Source: Acutalibacteraceae bacterium (GTDB taxonomy: Bacteria; Bacillota; Clostridia; Oscillospirales; Acutalibacteraceae). Taken from it: 64,000 nt of DNA. Below, one piece after another: positions 8,919 through 17,813 of this stretch. Location of the stretch: contig JAZQGE010000055.1 in NCBI GenBank assembly GCA_045539895.1, forward strand, positions 1,733-65,732, written 5' to 3'. Both the position numbers and the translations under genes were made by a program. The notes beneath the pieces are model-generated. The model saw only the letters and a program-made list of their open reading frames with translations. It did no database searches and was not told the origin of the DNA. The stretch's first letter is position 1. Each line of letters starts with the position of its first letter.

Positions 8919-9671
8919 TCAATATTCAAGGTCTGCATAAATAGCAAAGTGGTCGGAGGCATGGTTGCCGTTTATTTTTTCATTGAGCACTCTGTATTTA
9001 TAAGCTTTTACTTTATCATTAATAAATATAAAGTCAATAATATGTCCTTCATGCTTTTCGGGGCAATTATCGTGATATGTAAGATAATCCATTGTATCCG
9101 GCGCAGCAAATTTTGAATCGCGAAGGAATTTTACAACTTCATTATATTCTCTGCCGTTCTGAAATGAATTAAAATCACCCGAACAGGAAAGAGGATAAAC
9201 CATAAGCGGCTCAATTTTTTCTTTAAGAATCGGAATACTCTTAAAAATAAGGTCAAAATCACAATCCATATGTGTATTTACATGGGCAAATTTTTTATTC
9301 TCTTTTTTATCATAAAAAATTCCCCATGTACAAATTCGGTGATGATATGAGGTCCAGCAAGGTGACATAATATCAGGTGTATCTGAATACCAGAAGTTAC
9401 CTGTTTCAATAACATCAAAACGGTCTTTCTTATAAAAAATTGCGCTGTATTCACTTTCGCCGCCTTTGCGGTCACCTCTGCCAATACCTATATAATTCCA
9501 ATCTGTCAGATTTTCATTAAGATCTGCCATCCATTCAGGAGTAGCCTCCTGTACACCGAGCAATTCACAGCCTGAATCAAGAATTGTTTTTACACAGTCG
9601 TCTACTCTGTCTTCTCTTTCTCGTTCGCCTACATTTGTGCATCGCAGGTTAAATGACATTACTCTGACCAT
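8919..9671 (-). CDS. Endonuclease/exonuclease/phosphatase (EEP) family protein
   Basis: 250 aa. Starts MVRVMSFNLR as in EEP enzymes. It has GVQEA, NTHMD, and C-terminal SDHFAIYADL, the catalytic SDH motif. Confidence 0.75.
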   Translation of the reverse strand: MVRVMSFNLRCTNVGEREREDRVDDCVKTILDSGCELLGVQEATPEWMADLNENLTDWNYIGIGRGDRKGGESEYSAIFYKKDRFDVIETGNFWYSDTPDIMSPCWTSYHHRICTWGIFYDKKENKKFAHVNTHMDCDFDLIFKSIPILKEKIEPLMVYPLSCSGDFNSFQNGREYNEVVKFLRDSKFAAPDTMDYLTYHDNCPEKHEGHIIDFIFINDKVKAYKYRVLNEKINGNHASDHFAIYADLEY

Positions 9672-9683
9672 AATTTTTTCACC

Positions 9684-9935
9684 TTATCTTTTTTTAACAA
9701 GAATATTCATAAAAGGTACACTTGCAGTGTCACCGTCGCGAAGTTTTTTTCCTCGCATTGTGCACACCTCACCGTTTACCTTAACCTCTCCGTCCTGAAT
9801 AATAATTTTTGCGTGACCGCCACTCTGAACTGCATCAGCAAGCTTAAGCGCAGCATCAAGACGGATAAAATCTGTGTCAATAAATATTTCTTTAACAGGC
9901 TTTTCTTTAATCTTTGCTTTAATTTTAATTGCCAT
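9684..9935 (-). CDS. yaaA: S4-domain RNA-binding protein YaaA
   Basis: 83 aa. The LDAALKLADAVQSGGHAKIIIQDGEVKVNGEVCTMRGKKLRDGD pattern is characteristic of this protein. It sits immediately after dnaN, as in B. subtilis. Confidence 0.8.
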   Translation of the reverse strand: MAIKIKAKIKEKPVKEIFIDTDFIRLDAALKLADAVQSGGHAKIIIQDGEVKVNGEVCTMRGKKLRDGDTASVPFMNILVKKR

Positions 9936-9941
9936 TTTTTA

Positions 9942-11048
9942 TCAGTCCTTCTTGAATCTCATCGGAAGAATAAGGAAAAGGAATCTGTCACCCTGAGTAG
10001 GAAGAATAAGAATAGGTGCAGCGCTGCTGTTCAGTTCAATTTTAACTTCATCTGAATCGCACACACGAAGAGCATCAAGAAGAAGCTTATTATTAAAGCC
10101 TATTTCAATCTTATTACCCTCATATTTACAGGGGAAGCTGTCATTAGCCGTACCGAGGGCAGTAACAGAAGAAATTCTTATAATATCATTATCAAAAATA
10201 AATCTTACAGGACTCTTGAATTTATCTGTAATAATAAGACTTGTTCTGTCAATACTTTCAATCATCTCGCGTGTGTTTACAACAGCCGTTGAAGTGCAAG
10301 AAGCGGGAATTGCATTTTTATAGTTTAAAAATTCACCGTCAAGAAGTCGTGAAACAATGCTGTAGTTTCCGATTTCAAAAACAATGTGTCTTTTACCTAC
10401 ACCAAGTGAAACTGTTTCTTCATCATCGCCTATAAGCTTTGTAACTTCATTAAGTGTTTTTGCAGGTACTACGAAGCTTAGCTCATCACCCATATAGTTT
10501 ACAGACTCTGTTCTCATAGCAAGACGAGAGCCGTCAACAGCAACAAGGCGGATAAGATTCTGAGTTATTTCAAACTTGACACCTGTGTGAACAACCTTGC
10601 TGTCATTGACCGAAACAGCAAAAATTGTCTGGCGCACCATATCCTTTAATAGCTTCTGATCAATAACAACGGGATAACCGCCGCTTACAGTGGGAAGCTC
10701 CGGAAATTCGTTACCGTCAATGCCGATAAGTGAATATTCTGCTTCTCCTCCTCTAATAGTTGCAAGAAGTCTTTCATCAGTTTCAATATAAATCTGATCA
10801 CCGGGAATTTTTCGTACTATGTCACAAAGAATTTTTGCATTTAAAATAATTGCACCCTGCTCAACAACACGGCAAGGAATGGATGTACTGATGCCTACTT
10901 CAAGATCATAGCCTGTAAGAAGAAGCTCATTACCTATTGCTTTAATGAGAATACCTTCAATTGCAGGAATTGTGGTTTTGTTTGAAACTGCTCTTTGAAC
11001 ATTAAGGCATGCTTCACTGAGTACAGCGGTTTCACAGTAAATTTTCAT
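9942..11048 (-). CDS. dnaN: DNA polymerase III beta sliding clamp
   Basis: 368 aa. It follows dnaA. N-terminal LSEACLNVQRAVSNKTTIPAIEGILIKA and overall three-domain length match DnaN. Confidence 0.95.
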   Translation of the reverse strand: MKIYCETAVLSEACLNVQRAVSNKTTIPAIEGILIKAIGNELLLTGYDLEVGISTSIPCRVVEQGAIILNAKILCDIVRKIPGDQIYIETDERLLATIRGGEAEYSLIGIDGNEFPELPTVSGGYPVVIDQKLLKDMVRQTIFAVSVNDSKVVHTGVKFEITQNLIRLVAVDGSRLAMRTESVNYMGDELSFVVPAKTLNEVTKLIGDDEETVSLGVGKRHIVFEIGNYSIVSRLLDGEFLNYKNAIPASCTSTAVVNTREMIESIDRTSLIITDKFKSPVRFIFDNDIIRISSVTALGTANDSFPCKYEGNKIEIGFNNKLLLDALRVCDSDEVKIELNSSAAPILILPTQGDRFLFLILPMRFKKD

Positions 11049-11106
11049 GTCAGGTTCCCTCCGGTATAAGAGATATAGTTAATTATTCAGTAGTAGTATT
11101 AGTGTC

Positions 11107-11270
11107 TGTGAAATTTGTGGAAAAGTTCTTTAAACATTGAAACAGCTTAAAAAACGAAAAAATTGAAATGTGAAAATTTTAAGAAAAGTTTTTTACACTT
11201 TCCGCGTGAAAAATTAGAATGTGGAATATGTGAAAAAATCAATGTGGAAAGTGAAGAAAAGAGTGGAAAA
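11107..11270. promoter_or_regulatory. oriC: DnaA-box cluster in the dnaA-dnaN intergenic region (part of oriC)
   Basis: Repeated near-consensus DnaA boxes, written as the reverse of TTATCCACA: TGTGGAAAA (11116), TGTGAAAAT (11169), TGTGGAATA (11220), TGTGAAAAA (11229), TGTGGAAAG (11243), AGTGGAAAA (11262). The intergenic region is AT-rich and non-coding. Confidence 0.7.
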
Positions 11271-11279
11271 AATTTTTCA

Positions 11280-12584
11280 TCAGTTCGGCTTAACATTTTT
11301 CATAATATCGGTAATAATTGTTTTAAGAGAATAATTATTTTCCTTTTCATTTTCAATTCTTCTGTAAGCATACATAACAGATGAATGGTCGCTTAATCCG
11401 AAAACCTCTGCAACTTTTTTGTTTGTAAGAGGTGTCATTTCACGGATTATATACATTGCAACATGTCGGGGAAGAACATATTTTGCATCGTGCTTTTTAC
11501 CTTTTATTTCTTCAACCGTAACACCGTATGTGCGTGAAACTTCATCTATAATTTTATCTATCAAAACAGGTGTGGGATCGCCTTCGCTGAAAATATCTCG
11601 TATAGCTTTTTGTGCAGTTGCAAGGTTTGGTGCTTCGCCAAGATGCATATATGCCTTCATCTTTTTAACTGTGCCTTCAAGCTGACGGATATTATTTTTA
11701 ATTTTTTCTGCAATAAAAAGAATTATCTGAGGGGGAATTTCAAGACCGTAGGACTCAGCCTTGCTTTTAATAATAGCAACTCTTGTTTCAAGGTCAGGCG
11801 GCTGAATGTCAGCTATAAGACCGCTTTCAAATCTGTTTCTGAGTCTTTCCTCAAGTGTTGCAATTTCTTTCGGGGGACGGTCAGATGTAAGAACAATCTG
11901 ACTTTTTGCTTTTACAAGTGTTTCAAAGGTGTGGAAAAATTCAAGCTCGGTTGCGGGCTTACCGGCAATAAACTGAACGTCGTCAACAAGAAGAACATCA
12001 GCATTGCGGTATTTATTATGAAAAACAGATGTATCTTTTTTATTCTGAAGATAATCAATAAGTTCATTCATAAAATCCTCGCTGCGTACATATATAATGT
12101 ATGCATCAGGATTATTTTTAAGAATCTCGTTGCAGATAGCATTAAGAAGGTGGGTTTTGCCAAGACCCGAATTGCCGTGAATAAAAAGAGGGTTATATGT
12201 GTTACCGGGGTCTGATGCAACAGCAAGAGAAGCTGCGTGAGCAAATTTATTAGAATCACCTACAATAAAATTATCAAAGGTGGATTCATTAGTGTCTGAC
12301 AGTTTGAATTCTTTCTGAGGTTCTTTCTTTGTGTTTTTCTGTTGTTTGGGCATTACGTTAACATTTATCTTAAAGCCCATTACATTTTCGAAACATTCTT
12401 CAAGCAGAGGAATAAACTTATCATTGATGATTTTACATCTGAATGGATCATCCGTCAGCACAACGGAGTCACCGTCAAAGCTATCAAGAGCAAGCTCATT
12501 AAACCAGACAGAATAAACAGTTTCGGAAGTATTCCTTTTAAGCTCTGCTTTTACGTTTTCCCATAACTGATAAACAAGGTCCAT
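11280..12584 (-). CDS. dnaA: Chromosomal replication initiator DnaA
   Basis: Walker A GNSGLGKTHLL. Box VII/sensor region LRNRFESGL. C-terminal DnaA-box-binding helix (VLPRHVAMYIIREMT...S...V). I chose the start at ATG 12584 (MDLVYQLWENV, AAGGA upstream). The ORF-track GTG at 12707 adds 41 atypical residues. Confidence 0.93.
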   Translation of the reverse strand: MDLVYQLWENVKAELKRNTSETVYSVWFNELALDSFDGDSVVLTDDPFRCKIINDKFIPLLEECFENVMGFKINVNVMPKQQKNTKKEPQKEFKLSDTNESTFDNFIVGDSNKFAHAASLAVASDPGNTYNPLFIHGNSGLGKTHLLNAICNEILKNNPDAYIIYVRSEDFMNELIDYLQNKKDTSVFHNKYRNADVLLVDDVQFIAGKPATELEFFHTFETLVKAKSQIVLTSDRPPKEIATLEERLRNRFESGLIADIQPPDLETRVAIIKSKAESYGLEIPPQIILFIAEKIKNNIRQLEGTVKKMKAYMHLGEAPNLATAQKAIRDIFSEGDPTPVLIDKIIDEVSRTYGVTVEEIKGKKHDAKYVLPRHVAMYIIREMTPLTNKKVAEVFGLSDHSSVMYAYRRIENEKENNYSLKTIITDIMKNVKPN

Positions 12585-12759
12585 ACCGTACACATCCTTT
12601 CTTATAATATTTTTTTCATTACTATAAACACTGCGGGGTGAGCAGTTGAGATAGTATTCATTGTAAGGCTTATTACTTTTACCGTAACAGCCATAAGAGT
12701 ATATCACAAATCGGCCTCCTTTTCAACTTTTGCGGGAGGAGAAAGTTTTGAACAATATC

Positions 12760-12960
12760 TTGATTAAATGTGAAAAAGTCCTCCCATAAATAGTGCAAAA
12801 CAGGCCATTTTTTAATGTGATCAGGTTAAAAAACACGAAAAATTTCCAAAAAAAATTATTTATGATATTTAGGGTGATTTTTTGGCGGTTTTCACGAAAT
12901 TTTCTTTTTGATAAAATATTTACATTTTTTCACTTGACAAAGCTTAAATAATGGTATCTA
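12760..12960. promoter_or_regulatory. oriC: AT-rich region upstream of dnaA with weak DnaA-box-like motifs (candidate second oriC half / unwinding region and dnaA promoter)
   Basis: TGTGAAAAA at 12769 and TTTTCAC motifs near 12889 and 12925. There are long A/T runs. It coincides with the strand-orientation switch between dnaA (-) and rpsF (+). Confidence 0.45.
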
Positions 12961-13008
12961 AATAAAAGAGCAATGAAATAGCCGATAAAAAAATTGAACA
13001 AAAAATGC

Positions 13009-13037
13009 TTGACAGTTTTGGTTATTTCTGCTATAAT
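13009..13037 (+). promoter_or_regulatory. Consensus sigma-A promoter for rpsF-ssb-rpsR
   Basis: TTGACA (13009-13014), exact 17-nt spacer, TATAAT (13032-13037). About 85 nt upstream of rpsF. Confidence 0.75.
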
Positions 13038-13121
13038 CCATTTTTGCCGCTGTATATTTGGCGGTAAATCCTTGCTTCAGGGCAGAACCTGAGGCCAAAG
13101 ACCATAAGGAGGTGCAAAACA

Positions 13122-13409
13122 ATGTCAGCAAGCTACAATTACGAGATCATGATGGTTTTCTCAGTCGCTAACGGCGAAGAGGGTGCAAATGCTCTCCTCG
13201 AGAAATTCAAGGGTATGATCGAAGCAAACGGTACTGTCGACAACGTTGATGTATGGGGTAAGCGCAAGCTTGAATACCTTATCAATGACGAGGCAGAGGG
13301 CTTCTATGCAGTTATCAGCTATCAGAGTGCTCCCGAGTTCCAGAAAGAGCTTGACCGTGTACTCAAGATCACAGAAGGTGTTCTTCGTACAATGATCATC
13401 CGCAAGTAA
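13122..13409 (+). CDS. rpsF: 30S ribosomal protein S6
   Basis: 95 aa. YEIMMVF...WGKRKLEY signature. AAGGAGG RBS. Confidence 0.95.
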   Translation: MSASYNYEIMMVFSVANGEEGANALLEKFKGMIEANGTVDNVDVWGKRKLEYLINDEAEGFYAVISYQSAPEFQKELDRVLKITEGVLRTMIIRK

Positions 13410-13429
13410 TAATAAGGAGGAAAACCGCA

Positions 13430-13885
13430 ATGCTCAACTGCGCAGTTTTAATGGGTCGCCTTGTTGCAGATCCTGAGCTCCGTACTACTACTTCAGGAAT
13501 TTCCGTTACCTCATTCCGAATTGCTGTTGACCGCAGCTTTGTCCGTCAGGGCGAAGAGCGCCAGGCAGATTTTATCGACATCGTTGCATGGAGACAGACA
13601 GCAGATTTTGTCTGCCGCTATTTCCGCAAAGGCTCGATGATAGCTGTTCAGGGTTCAATCCAGACACGCAATTATGAGGATAAACAGGGTAACAAGCGTA
13701 CAGCCGTTGAGGTTGTTGCAGACAATGTAAGTTTCTGCGGCTCAAAGGCTGAAAGCGGCACACAGGGCGCATCCCGCCCATTTGAAAGCGCTGTCCCCGC
13801 TGCAGCACCTGCTGCATCATATGCTTCGGGCAGCATGGGAGATTTTGAATCCATCGATGACGATGACGATTCACTCCCCTTCTAA
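13430..13885 (+). CDS. ssb: Single-stranded DNA-binding protein
   Basis: 151 aa. OB-fold N-terminus MLNCAVLMGRLVADPELRTT. Acidic C-terminal tip DDDDSLPF. Confidence 0.95.
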   Translation: MLNCAVLMGRLVADPELRTTTSGISVTSFRIAVDRSFVRQGEERQADFIDIVAWRQTADFVCRYFRKGSMIAVQGSIQTRNYEDKQGNKRTAVEVVADNVSFCGSKAESGTQGASRPFESAVPAAAPAASYASGSMGDFESIDDDDDSLPF

Positions 13886-13910
13886 ATCTGATTAAGGAGG
13901 AAATACCATC

Positions 13911-14156
13911 ATGGCATACGAGAAAAATAACGGCCGTCCCAACAGAAAAGGTCGCAAGAAGGTTTGCACATTCTGTGTTGAGAAGTGCGAATGCATCGAC
14001 TACAAGGACGTTAACAAGCTTCGCAAGTTCACATCGGAGAGATCAAAGATCCTTCCCCGCCGTGTAACTGGCACATGCGCAAAGCACCAGAGAGAGCTCA
14101 CAACAGCTATCAAGCGTGCTCGCTACGTCGCTCTTCTTCCCTACACAAGCGACTGA
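13911..14156 (+). CDS. rpsR: 30S ribosomal protein S18
   Basis: 81 aa. CTFC...[12 protein letters not shown]...ILPRRVTG...[14 protein letters not shown] signature. Confidence 0.95.
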   Translation: MAYEKNNGRPNRKGRKKVCTFCVEKCECIDYKDVNKLRKFTSERSKILPRRVTGTCAKHQRELTTAIKRARYVALLPYTSD

Positions 14157-14177
14157 TAAAAATTAAACAAATTTTTA

Positions 14178-14208
14178 CCTGCATCTTTATACGGGATGCA
14201 GGTTTTTT
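14178..14208 (+). terminator. Intrinsic terminator of the rpsF-ssb-rpsR operon
   Basis: Hairpin CCTGCATC / GATGCAGG followed by TTTTTT. Confidence 0.8.
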
Positions 14209-14324
14209 CTTTTCTTTACAGATATATATTGCAATAATAAATTTCATTGACATTTAATACTTATAATGCTATACTTTTATCTGTATAAATAAAAGTATAT
14301 AAAGAAAGGGTCGGAAAATAAAAA

Positions 14325-15017
14325 ATGAAAAAAAATATGATTAAATATGTTGCAATTCTTCTGTGTTTTGCGTCAATAATTACTGTGTTTGCAGCTTGCT
14401 CAAACAAGGATGACGGCTCACTTATTTTTAAAGAAAAAGGTAAGATTTTCTACCGTCGGAGCGAAACGGACAATGCTTACGAGCTTGTAACCGATTCAAA
14501 CGGTGTTACGGTTGTAGATGAGCAGGGCAACCTTCTCTGGAAGGTTACGGATGCAGAAGGTCAGGACCAGACTCATCCTGTTTCGTTCCCTGCATATCTT
14601 GAAGACGGTAAAGAAATTTCTTGCCAGCAGTTTACAATTAAACTGCCCAGAGGCTGGGAAAATATAGGCAATTATAAAATTATGCTTAAAAATCCTAAAG
14701 AAGGTCTCCAGATTGACTATTCCTTCCTTGAGCCGGATGATGAAAACGGAAAAGTAACGGTTGACAGCGAAATGGAAAACCTTGAAAAGCTTTTTGGTCA
14801 GACAGGTGAAATTACTCGCAGCAAAACACAGGTTGGCGGACGCGACGCGGAAAAAATCGCAATTGACATTTCCGGAGAAACACCTGCATATATGGAAGTA
14901 TATTGTGTTGAACTTGGCTCAGGTCTTATGTGCTTCAACTGTACAAATGATGATTATGCCGAAAAGGGCGAATTTGATTTTAAAGCAGTGCTTGATACTA
15001 TTGAATACAGAATTTAA
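14325..15017 (+). CDS. Putative lipoprotein, unknown function
   Basis: 230 aa. Signal peptide with lipobox VFAAC|S. I recognised no catalytic motif. Confidence 0.6.
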   Translation: MKKNMIKYVAILLCFASIITVFAACSNKDDGSLIFKEKGKIFYRRSETDNAYELVTDSNGVTVVDEQGNLLWKVTDAEGQDQTHPVSFPAYLEDGKEISCQQFTIKLPRGWENIGNYKIMLKNPKEGLQIDYSFLEPDDENGKVTVDSEMENLEKLFGQTGEITRSKTQVGGRDAEKIAIDISGETPAYMEVYCVELGSGLMCFNCTNDDYAEKGEFDFKAVLDTIEYRI

Positions 15018-15059
15018 AATAACGGAAAATAAAACCATTCAGATAAGGAGTAATAATTT

Positions 15060-16082
15060 ATGCTTTTTTCACAGGATATAGGAATTGACCTCGGCACTGC
15101 CAACACACTCGTATTTGTTAAAGGCAAGGGTATTGTAATCAGAGAGCCCAGTGTTGTTGCCGTTGATGTCCGCTCACAGCCGCCAAAGGTTGTTGCAGTC
15201 GGTGCAGAAGCAAAGGAAATGATCGGCCGTACACCCGGCTCAATTACAGCTGTCCGTCCTCTCAAAGACGGTGTTATTGCAGACTTTGATGTAACTGCAG
15301 ATATGCTCAAGGCTTTCATAAAGCGCGCAATCAGCTCTTCCCCCTTTACAAGAGCAAGAGTTATGATTTGTATTCCTTCAGGTGTTACCGAGGTTGAGCG
15401 CAGAGCCGTTCATGATGCCGCACGTTCAGCAGGCGCAAAATATGTTTCACTTATCGAAGAGCCTATGGCAGCCGCAATCGGTGCAGGTCTTCCCGTAAGC
15501 GAAGCAACCGGCAGCATGGTTGTCGACATTGGCGGCGGTACTGCTGAGGTTGCTGTTCTTTCACTCGGCGATATTGTTACATCCCGCTCGGCAAGAGTTG
15601 CAGGTGACGATTTTGACGATGCAATCATCGCATATATTAAGAAAAAGTATAACCTTCTTGTCGGTGAGCGCACTGCAGAGGATATTAAAATCCGCATCGG
15701 CTCAGCTTATCCTTACGACGGTGAGGGCGCAATGAATGTCAAGGGCCGTAACCTTATGGACGGTCTGCCCAAGAATGTTGAGGTAACATCGGAAGAAATC
15801 CGTGAAGCTCTTTCAGACCCTGTCAGTCAGATTATAGATGCTATCCGTTCCACTCTTGAAAAGACTCCGCCTGAGCTTGCAGCCGATATTATCGACCACG
15901 GTATCACACTCACAGGCGGCGGCGCACTTCTGCGCGGTCTTGATAAGCTTATTGAAATTGAAACAAAAATGCCCGTTCATATTGCACAGAATCCGCTTGA
16001 CTGTGTTGTTGACGGTACAGGTATCTGCCTTGAGAACGATGCTCTGGGCACACTCAGCGGAGAAAAGAAAAAGAAGAGGTAA
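15060..16082 (+). CDS. mreB: Rod-shape-determining actin homolog MreB
   Basis: 340 aa. [13 protein letters not shown] phosphate-1 motif and [11 protein letters not shown] phosphate-2 motif. Confidence 0.95.
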   Translation: MLFSQDIGIDLGTANTLVFVKGKGIVIREPSVVAVDVRSQPPKVVAVGAEAKEMIGRTPGSITAVRPLKDGVIADFDVTADMLKAFIKRAISSSPFTRARVMICIPSGVTEVERRAVHDAARSAGAKYVSLIEEPMAAAIGAGLPVSEATGSMVVDIGGGTAEVAVLSLGDIVTSRSARVAGDDFDDAIIAYIKKKYNLLVGERTAEDIKIRIGSAYPYDGEGAMNVKGRNLMDGLPKNVEVTSEEIREALSDPVSQIIDAIRSTLEKTPPELAADIIDHGITLTGGGALLRGLDKLIEIETKMPVHIAQNPLDCVVDGTGICLENDALGTLSGEKKKKR

Positions 16083-16089
16083 TTAACCT

Positions 16090-16944
16090 ATGCGAAGCTT
16101 TTTCAGAAGCAATCGCTTCAAGGGCTTTCTTGGTGTTTTTGCTGTTTTGCTCATAGGTATTGTTTTTGCAGGTGTTACCGAAAACAGTGCTTCACCTGCT
16201 TCAACGGTTTTAGGTACTGTTTTTTCACCGCTCCAGAGTCTTTCTTCAGGCATTGCTGACAGTGTAAAAGAATTTTCTGTTTACTTCCGCTCTGCAAGAA
16301 GCTATGCGGACAGAGTTGCCGAGCTTGAGAAGGAGCTTGCAGACAGTCGCTCACAGATGGTTGACTATGAAAAAACAAAGCAGCAGCTTGAGCTTTATGA
16401 GGAATTCCTTGAGCTTAAAGAGCAAAATGAAGATTTTAAGTTTGCCAGCGCATCCGTCATCGGCAAGGACGGTACAGATGCGTTTGGTACTTTTACGCTC
16501 AATAAGGGTGAGCTCGACGGTGTAAAGGTTAATAATCCTGTTATATACGGCAAATATCTTGTCGGCGTGGTGGTGAAAGCTGCGCCGACTTATTGCGTTG
16601 TAAATACAATTCTCAACCCTGATGTAAATGTAAGCGCATACGAAGTGCGCACGCGTGAATCAAGCTTTGTCACAACAAATACCGAGCTTTCGGAAAAAGG
16701 ACAGTGCTGTCTGTCCGGTCTTGTTCGCTCCACTTCAATTGCACCGGGCGGCATTGTCTGCACCTCCGGTGTCGGCGGTATTTATCCTGCCGACCTGATA
16801 ATCGGTATTGTGGAAGAAGTGAAAAACGACACAACAAATATTTCGTCCTATGCTGTCATTAATTCACAGGTTGATTTTGAACAGCTGCGCGATGTTTTTG
16901 TTATTACCGAATTCAGAGGTATGGGCGTCGGTGATGTAAATTGA
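16090..16944 (+). CDS. mreC: Rod-shape-determining protein MreC
   Basis: 284 aa. N-terminal TM segment, coiled-coil, then C-terminal beta domain with GGIYPADLIIG. Sits between mreB and mreD. Confidence 0.9.
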   Translation: MRSFFRSNRFKGFLGVFAVLLIGIVFAGVTENSASPASTVLGTVFSPLQSLSSGIADSVKEFSVYFRSARSYADRVAELEKELADSRSQMVDYEKTKQQLELYEEFLELKEQNEDFKFASASVIGKDGTDAFGTFTLNKGELDGVKVNNPVIYGKYLVGVVVKAAPTYCVVNTILNPDVNVSAYEVRTRESSFVTTNTELSEKGQCCLSGLVRSTSIAPGGIVCTSGVGGIYPADLIIGIVEEVKNDTTNISSYAVINSQVDFEQLRDVFVITEFRGMGVGDVN

Positions 16945-17142
16945 CAAATTCTATTTAAGAATTTGTCAGCGATATAAATCCTTACAGATTTTCGATATAT
17001 CTTCGATTCAATATGTTGCTTCGCAATGCGATATGCACTGAGGTGCACGGAGGATTTAAATCATATCGCAGGCGAGTGTAACGAGCCTATATCGAAATTT
17101 GTGAAGCAAAATATATCGGGTGACCGACAGGTCACATATCGT
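16942..17142 (+). repeat. ATATCG-rich structured intergenic repeat, copy A (between mreC and mreD)
   Basis: Aligns position by position with 40092-40306 and in reverse with 45117-45281. Hairpins: TGACAAATTC/GAATTTGTCA, AAATC/GATTT, TGCAC/GTGCA nested inside GCGATATG/CATATCGC, and GTGACC/GGTCAC. ATATCG motifs recur throughout. The first hairpin starts on the mreC stop codon. Confidence 0.8.
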
Positions 17143-17179
17143 TAAAACAAAAATAAAAACGAAGGAAGGAGGAGAGAAC

Positions 17180-17725
17180 ATGATACCGCAGGCATGGAAG
17201 GAAAACAGACCGAAGATTATGAGAAGAGGCTGTTTCTTTCTTGTTGTTATTGCTGTTGGCATTCTGCAGATTTCCGATGTACTCCCCACCTTTTTCGGTG
17301 TGCGCTTTCTTCCGCTTCTTCCTCTGACCATTGTGCTCGGTATGTTTGAGCGCGAAACCTACGGACTTTATTACGGTCTGCTTGCAGGCATAATATGGGA
17401 CATGAATGTCGGTGAGGGCGACGGCTTCAATGCTTTTTTCTTTGCTCTTGTCGGCTTCACCTGCGGTCTGCTGATGACCTATCTTATGATGAACAATCTG
17501 ATAACTGCAGGCATCCTCTGCTTTTCATGGAGTATGATCTACTTTATTGTCAGCTTCATTATTTTTGTTGCGGCAAAGGGGATTGAAGGCAGCTTTTCTG
17601 TTTTTGTTTCCGATTATCTTCCTGCGGCTTTGCTCAACATTGTAACACTTCCGTTTTACTACTATACGGTGCGCGCTGTGATGAAAACCTTCAAGCTTAT
17701 GGAAAATGACGAGCTGTCGTTCTGA
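17180..17725 (+). CDS. mreD: Rod-shape-determining protein MreD
   Basis: About 181-aa polytopic membrane protein following mreC. Start chosen at ATG 17180, preceded by GGAGGAG. The ORF-track start at 17120 lies inside the repeat element. Confidence 0.8.
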   Translation: MIPQAWKENRPKIMRRGCFFLVVIAVGILQISDVLPTFFGVRFLPLLPLTIVLGMFERETYGLYYGLLAGIIWDMNVGEGDGFNAFFFALVGFTCGLLMTYLMMNNLITAGILCFSWSMIYFIVSFIIFVAAKGIEGSFSVFVSDYLPAALLNIVTLPFYYYTVRAVMKTFKLMENDELSF

Positions 17726-17813
17726 TTATATTCAAAGATTTTAAAGAGAGGAGTGAGCGGCAACGCAACAGAAACCAAAATTCAGCAAACGCGGTCTTGC
17801 GGCGCTTGTCGCA

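Noticed and set aside
11163-11384. 73-aa plus-strand ORF in the dnaA-dnaN spacer
   Set aside because: It overlaps the DnaA-box cluster and the 3' end of dnaA. The repeated KxFxxxVE-like peptide simply reflects the repeated TGTGGAAAA boxes. I interpret the region as oriC DNA, not coding.
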